From: Myxococcales bacterium
GTDB lineage: Bacteria > Desulfobacterota > Binatia > HRBIN30
Assembly: GCA_037445065.1 (NCBI GenBank)
Contig: JBBILD010000006.1
Location: 137,187 to 201,186, forward strand
Direction: 5' to 3'
Length of the DNA stretch: 64,000 nt
The position numbers were made by a program, and so were the translations under genes. Shown here one piece after another: positions 59,013-64,000 of this stretch. How positions within the stretch are numbered: position 1 is the stretch's first letter; each line of letters starts with the position of its first letter. The notes under the pieces were generated by a model, which was not told where the DNA came from, ran no database searches, and was given only the letters and a program-made list of their open reading frames with translations.

Positions 59013-59047
59013 GGAACGCTCGGCGGGTAGTCCGCCGAGCGCAAAGC

Positions 59048-60241
59048 TCAGGGGGGATCGCTAGCCACAGATACGCTAGCGCCGGGGTCGCGCAGTACGC
59101 AGCGCGTGCGCTGGTAAATGGTCGGCACGCACTCATTGCAATGAGTGCATAAAGAGGCGTGTTCGGGGTCTTGCTGCCACACCCGTACAAGCTCGGGTTC
59201 GCGCAGCAAGGCACGGCCGATTTGCACGAAATCGAATCCTTCCGAGAGGGCCATACGCACGGTCTGCAAGGAGGTCACGCCGCCCAAGAGAATCAGCGGT
59301 AGGCGCAGTGCGGCGCGGAACTGCCGCGCCTGAGCGAGGAAAAAAGCCTCTTCGAACGGGTAGCTCCGGAACAAGCGCCGCATGAGGAGCTTGGCGGGCA
59401 AGCGCAACCAGCGCGGAAAGCGCGTGCTCATGGAATCGATTGGCGCGTCTCCCCGGAACAGGAACATGGGGTTGGCGAAGGAAGAGCCACCCGTGAGCGT
59501 AATTGCATCCACGGTGCCATCTGCTTCGAGCATACGGGCGAACTCGAGGCTCTCCTCCACTTGCAGGCCATCGGGCAATCCGTCGCTCATATTGAGTTTC
59601 GCGGTGACCGCCATACGAACCCCCGCAGCCTGCCGCACCGCTTCGAGCACCCGCCTGGGAAAGCGCGCCCGGTTGGCCAGGGAGCCTCCCCATTCGTCGG
59701 CTCGCTGATTGAGGCGCGGGGAAAGAAACGCGCACAGCAGGTAGTCGTGGCCCAGGTGGACCTCGATGGCGTCGAAGCCGCTCTCGCGCAGGAGGCGCGC
59801 GCCGCGGGCGAACTCCTGCTCGATGCGCTGCAGGTCGCGCTCGCTCGCCGCGCGCGTCCAGCGCATACGCGAGGCACTGAACACACGCGAAGGAGCAAGC
59901 GTGCCGAGGGGTCCTGAATGGCCGATTTGCGCGGCTACCTTCGCTCCGCATGCGTGAACAGCCTCGGCCAACCGAGCCAAGCCTCTTCCGACGCCGGGCA
60001 AGTCCAACTGCACCTGCCTACCGTCGATGCTTCCTTCGCGGCTCACGGCACAGTAAGCCACTGTGGTCATTCCCACCCCGCCTCGCGCAAAGCGGCAGTG
60101 GAATTCGACGAGGTCGCTGCTCACCTCGCCCCGGGGGGCGCGACCCTCGAAGGTAGCCGCTTTGATGATCCGATTGGGCAGTTCAACTGGTCCCAGTCTT
60201 GCCGGTGCAAACGGATCGGGTCCCGGGTCCTGTACCGCCAT
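59048..60241 (-). CDS. NADH:flavin oxidoreductase, Old Yellow Enzyme family
   Basis: TIM-barrel OYE motifs HLGHDYLLCAFLSPRLNQRADEWGGSLANRARF. GGAGGA RBS before the second ATG, at 60241. Confidence 0.85.
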   Translation of the reverse strand: MAVQDPGPDPFAPARLGPVELPNRIIKAATFEGRAPRGEVSSDLVEFHCRFARGGVGMTTVAYCAVSREGSIDGRQVQLDLPGVGRGLARLAEAVHACGAKVAAQIGHSGPLGTLAPSRVFSASRMRWTRAASERDLQRIEQEFARGARLLRESGFDAIEVHLGHDYLLCAFLSPRLNQRADEWGGSLANRARFPRRVLEAVRQAAGVRMAVTAKLNMSDGLPDGLQVEESLEFARMLEADGTVDAITLTGGSSFANPMFLFRGDAPIDSMSTRFPRWLRLPAKLLMRRLFRSYPFEEAFFLAQARQFRAALRLPLILLGGVTSLQTVRMALSEGFDFVQIGRALLREPELVRVWQQDPEHASLCTHCNECVPTIYQRTRCVLRDPGASVSVASDPP

Positions 60242-60519
60242 GGCCTTTTCCTCCACCAGTACACGCCTCTATGTCTTACGCCGCGCTGAGGAAGCAAGGG
60301 ACGCAGGTCAGGAACCGGATCCTGGGTGTGCCCGACCAACCGCGTGTTTGTGTTTCAAGATTTGGGAACGCAGTTCGCAAGTGGCCGCCTTTATGATCTC
60401 TTTGCCCGGAGAACTGGCGTGCGGGCACGCGGATGCGTAGAACAGGCGCCTTGTACAGGCAAAACATGGAGCGGGATCGTTCGTGCGAGCGGGGCGACAG
60501 GTGGTTCGACCTTCGTGCG

Positions 60520-62022
60520 ATGAGAGTATGGACCACAGCGCTGGCAGTGCTGGCCTCTCTGGGGCGGGCACAGGCCGAGGGGACCCACTTTCAGTTCGCG
60601 CAAGTTGCCGAGCGCGCGCAGCAACTAGCGAAGGGCGCGTATCAGGCACCTGAGCGCATTCCTGACTGGCTCACTCGTATTTCGTATGATCAATGGCGGG
60701 ACATTCGTTTCCGGCCCGAGCGGGCACTGTGGCGGGATGGCCGTACCCCCTTCCAAGTGCAGTTCTTCCATCCGGGTTATTATTACGAGCGGACGGTCGC
60801 CATACGGATCGTGGATGAGGCGGGTGTCCACCCTGTGGCCTTTTCTCCTAGCGATTTCGATTACGGGAAGAACGACTTTGCGAGCCGCGTGCCCCACAAT
60901 CTGGGTTTTGCTGGCTTTCGGCTGCACGCGCCGATCAACCGTCCCGATTATTTCGACGAGGTCATCGTCTTTCTCGGGGCCAGCTACTTTCGCGCTGTGG
61001 GGCGGGGGCAAGTGTTCGGGTTGTCTGCGCGTGGTCTAGCCATCGACACCGGGTTGCCGAGCGGCGAAGAATTCCCGTATTTCCGCGAGTTTTGGATCGT
61101 CAAGCCGCCGCCTTGGGCAACCGCAGTGACAGTATACGCGCTGCTCGACAGCCCGAGTGTGGCCGGGGCGTACCGTTTCGAGATCTACCCAGGCGAAACA
61201 ACGCGGGTAGAGGTGACAAGCCGGCTGTTTTTCCGGCGCGAAGTGCAGCAACTCGGTGTTGCGCCGCTCACGAGCATGTTTTTCCATGGCGAATACAGCC
61301 CGCGGGCCGTCGAGGACTACCGGCCCGAGGTCCACGATTCGGATGGACTCCTGCTCCATTTCCGCGGCGGGGAGTTTCTCTGGCGTCCCCTTTCCAACCC
61401 TCGTACTTTGCAGATAAGTAACTTTCGTATGCAGTCGCCCCGCGGGTTTGGCCTGCTTCAGCGGGATCGGGACTTCGATCACTACCAGGACTTGGAAACG
61501 AGGCGCGAGCTGCGTCCGAGCGTGTGGGTGGAGCCTCTTGATGATTGGGGAGCCGGCAGAGTGCTACTGGTCGAGATCCCGACCAAATCTGACACCAATG
61601 ACAACATCGTTGCTTTTTGGGTGCCAGAGCCGCGACCCAAGGTCGAACTCCCGTTTGAAGCGCGCTACCGCTTGCACTGGTTTTCCGAGTATCCAGGCTT
61701 GTCCCCCGGCGGGCGGGTGGTGGCGACCCGGCGTGACCGTGGCAATCGCGAAAACGTGGTCCGTTACGTTGTCGACTTCGCTGGGGGCGGCTTGGAGGCA
61801 ATCCCTGCCGACACGGTTGTCCACGGCGCTGTCACCATTGCAAGCGGCGAAGACGCTGCTGAGTTGCTCGATCAGCAAGTGGTGAAAAACCCGGTGACGG
61901 AGCATTGGAGACTGGTGTTCCAAGTGCGGCCCAAACGCAGCGAGCCGGTTGAGCTGCGCGCGTACCTGATGCTGGGCGATCGGGTACTCACCGAAACCTG
62001 GTCAGCCGTCCTGGTGCCATGA
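60520..62022 (+). CDS. opgG: periplasmic glucan biosynthesis protein
   Basis: MdoG family: FFHPGYYYERTVAI...YFDEVIVFLGASYFRAVG. Signal peptide starts at ATG 60520. Confidence 0.85.
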   Translation: MRVWTTALAVLASLGRAQAEGTHFQFAQVAERAQQLAKGAYQAPERIPDWLTRISYDQWRDIRFRPERALWRDGRTPFQVQFFHPGYYYERTVAIRIVDEAGVHPVAFSPSDFDYGKNDFASRVPHNLGFAGFRLHAPINRPDYFDEVIVFLGASYFRAVGRGQVFGLSARGLAIDTGLPSGEEFPYFREFWIVKPPPWATAVTVYALLDSPSVAGAYRFEIYPGETTRVEVTSRLFFRREVQQLGVAPLTSMFFHGEYSPRAVEDYRPEVHDSDGLLLHFRGGEFLWRPLSNPRTLQISNFRMQSPRGFGLLQRDRDFDHYQDLETRRELRPSVWVEPLDDWGAGRVLLVEIPTKSDTNDNIVAFWVPEPRPKVELPFEARYRLHWFSEYPGLSPGGRVVATRRDRGNRENVVRYVVDFAGGGLEAIPADTVVHGAVTIASGEDAAELLDQQVVKNPVTEHWRLVFQVRPKRSEPVELRAYLMLGDRVLTETWSAVLVP

Positions 62023-64000
62023 GCCAGCCCAAACGAGCCGAGCCTGAGCGGGGTCGTGAGACTCTGTACGCCCTGCGCATTTCGAGTGAGCGCTTGTACC
62101 AGGATTGGGCGGCTGCCCACGCCCGCGCACTGGCATACCTCGCCAGCCTCGGCATTTTTGGCGAGGAAGCCGAGGGTTTGTGTGAGGCCGCGGTACACCG
62201 GGCACTCGGGCGCGAGGAGTGGGAGGCCGAAGGCACGGCCGTGAGCGAGACGCAGCGGGCTTTGCGGGAAATGCTCTCGGAGGGGGTCGCGGCCGGCCGG
62301 CTACCAGCATTTCTGGCTTTTCGATTGGAGCGGTTTCTCGGTCGCTCGGGGCTGGATTCTTTGCCGCACCGGGCTGGATACCCGACATCACACGCGCCGC
62401 TTAGCCGCCGCTCGATGCGGCCCGAAGCTGTGGAGCGTCGGGTGTGGGTGCGGGTTTGGAATCGGCTGCGCGGCAGGGTCAGTGCCGACGTGGCCCGCGG
62501 GCGCGAGCTGCGCAAGCAGCGGCGGAGTCTACCGTGGATTTGGGCGGCTCGGTGGCGGCGGGGCCTGCTCCTCATGCTCGTGTCGTTGCCCAGCGTCGTT
62601 GCTGCCGGCTTCATGCAGACGGTGCTGCCTTACCAGGGACGAACTTGGCTCGAGTTCCTGATCGTGTTGTTCTTTGGTGCCTTGTTCGGTTGGATTTCGA
62701 TCGGATTCTGGACGGCGTTGTTTGGCTTTTTCACGCTGCTCTTTGGCGACCGCTACGCGGTTGGCCGCCTGCCTAGCCGGGGCCGCGAATTTCGTCCGAG
62801 GGGACGCACCGCCATTGTCATGCCGATTTGCGAGGAGCCAGTGGAACGGGTGTTCGCTGGCCTGCGCGCCATTTACGATTCGCTCGAGCGCACGGGTGCG
62901 TTGGATCACTTCGATTTCTTCATTTTGAGTGACACCTCCGATCCGGGCACGTGGGTCCGTGAGGAAGAAGCATGGGCCGAGTGGTGCCGTGAGGTGGGTG
63001 GATTCGGGCGCATATTCTACCGGCGCCGGCGCGTGCGGCTCAAACGCAAGAGCGGCAACGTTGCCGATTTCTGCCGCCGTTGGGGCCAGCGGTATGAGTA
63101 CATGGTCATGCTCGATGCGGACAGCATCATGAGCGGCGAGACCATCGTGCGGCTGGTGGAAATGATGGAAGCATTGCCTCGTGCCGGCATGATCCAAACC
63201 GCGCCGAAAGCCGTCAACCGGCGTTCCCTACTGGCGAGGGTGCAGCAATTCAGTAGCCGCGTGTACGGACCGATGTTTGCGGCTGGGTTGCACTTTTGGC
63301 AGCTCGGCGACGGGCAGTACTGGGGTCACAACACGATCATTCGAGTGCAACCCTTCACCGATCACTGCGGCTTGCCGCGCCTGCCGGGCAAACCCCCTCT
63401 TGGCGGGGAGATCATGAGTCATGACTTTGTTGAGGCCGCGCTCCTCGGTCGCGCCGGGTGGCAGATTTGGTTGGCCTACGATCTCGAGGGATCCTACGAA
63501 GAAGTACCTTCGACGCTGCTCGAAGAAATGAACCGGGATCGCCGCTGGTGCCAAGGCAACCTCCAGCACCTGCGTTTGCTCTTTACCGAGGGACTGTTCG
63601 GAGCGCACCGCGTCTTGTTCCTGAACGGTGTTCTCTCGTACGTTTCCGCGCTGCTTTGGTTTCTGTTCCTGGCGCTCAGCACCGTCGAAGCAGTGGCGCA
63701 CGTAATCTGGGAACCCGAGTACTTTCCGCACGGTCCGAGTTTGTTCCCGGAGTGGCCGATTTGGCGCCCGGACTGGGCCATGTACCTGATGGCGGTCACC
63801 GCCATGATTCTCTTTCTACCGAAGGTGCTGAGCTTGGTGTTGGTGGCATTGGTCTGGCGGCGCGCAGGAGACTTTGGCGGCCTCCTTCCGCTGCTGGGTA
63901 GTGCGCTCATCGAAATCCTGCTCTCCGCCCTATTTGCCCCGATCCGGATGGTGTTCCACAGTCGCTTCGTGGTGCAGAACCTCCTGGGCCGCACTGTGCA
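62019..64000 (+). CDS. opgH: glucans biosynthesis glucosyltransferase H, 3' end truncated by the window edge
   Basis: Hand translation in frame 0 from ATG 62019 is open to the end of the window. The ATG overlaps the opgG stop (ATGA). GT2 motifs MVMLDADSIM and RDRRWCQGNLQH are present, plus TM segments. Missing from the ORF track because it has no stop within the window. Confidence 0.8.
   Translation, partial: MSQPKRAEPERGRETLYALRISSERLYQDWAAAHARALAYLASLGIFGEEAEGLCEAAVHRALGREEWEAEGTAVSETQRALREMLSEGVAAGRLPAFLAFRLERFLGRSGLDSLPHRAGYPTSHAPLSRRSMRPEAVERRVWVRVWNRLRGRVSADVARGRELRKQRRSLPWIWAARWRRGLLLMLVSLPSVVAAGFMQTVLPYQGRTWLEFLIVLFFGALFGWISIGFWTALFGFFTLLFGDRYAVGRLPSRGREFRPRGRTAIVMPICEEPVERVFAGLRAIYDSLERTGALDHFDFFILSDTSDPGTWVREEEAWAEWCREVGGFGRIFYRRRRVRLKRKSGNVADFCRRWGQRYEYMVMLDADSIMSGETIVRLVEMMEALPRAGMIQTAPKAVNRRSLLARVQQFSSRVYGPMFAAGLHFWQLGDGQYWGHNTIIRVQPFTDHCGLPRLPGKPPLGGEIMSHDFVEAALLGRAGWQIWLAYDLEGSYEEVPSTLLEEMNRDRRWCQGNLQHLRLLFTEGLFGAHRVLFLNGVLSYVSALLWFLFLALSTVEAVAHVIWEPEYFPHGPSLFPEWPIWRPDWAMYLMAVTAMILFLPKVLSLVLVALVWRRAGDFGGLLPLLGSALIEILLSALFAPIRMVFHSRFVVQNLLGRTV

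Noticed and set aside
1-64000. CRISPR arrays, tRNAs, rRNAs, transposases or integrases
   Set aside because: No short regularly spaced direct repeats, no cloverleaf-like tRNA ends other than the tmRNA T-arm, and no DDE or tyrosine recombinase motifs were seen in any frame I read.

Overview
This window is GC-rich bacterial chromosomal DNA (roughly 65-70% GC by eye). It is densely coded and has no rRNA, tRNA or CRISPR. The first ~34 kb are mostly ordinary housekeeping and core-metabolism genes. They include signal peptidase I, 3-methyladenine glycosylase, a TetR-flanked diiron-oxygenase plus acetolactate-synthase-like cassette, a gshB / adenylate-cyclase-STAND-TPR / MFS operon, mtnA, cysK, ispD next to carD, an MMPL transporter, and a tmRNA (ssrA) gene with a terminator. 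Downstream of the tmRNA the content turns accessory and partly decayed. It holds a lipoprotein followed by an AT-rich non-coding stretch, a large FG-GAP repeat gene carrying a frameshift and a nonsense codon, a compact arsenosugar-type cluster (arsS, DUF547, two rSAM-associated transferases, arsM, a PiT permease), and an ECF sigma / zf-HC2 anti-sigma / frameshifted FAD oxidoreductase / chrA block. After these come about 1.4 kb without a credible ORF and a multiply frameshifted locus encoding PT-linker, Cys-rich, dockerin-like and cohesin-like segments plus an Lgt-like fragment. The window ends with intact genes again: DedA/TVP38 with a disulfide reductase, an Old Yellow Enzyme flavoprotein, and opgG-opgH, where opgH runs off the end. 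Two things recur across the window. One is paired dockerin-type calcium-binding repeats on several secreted proteins. The other is gene lesions that sit in G/C homopolymer tracts. All functional calls come from reading the translations for known family motifs; no database search was possible.
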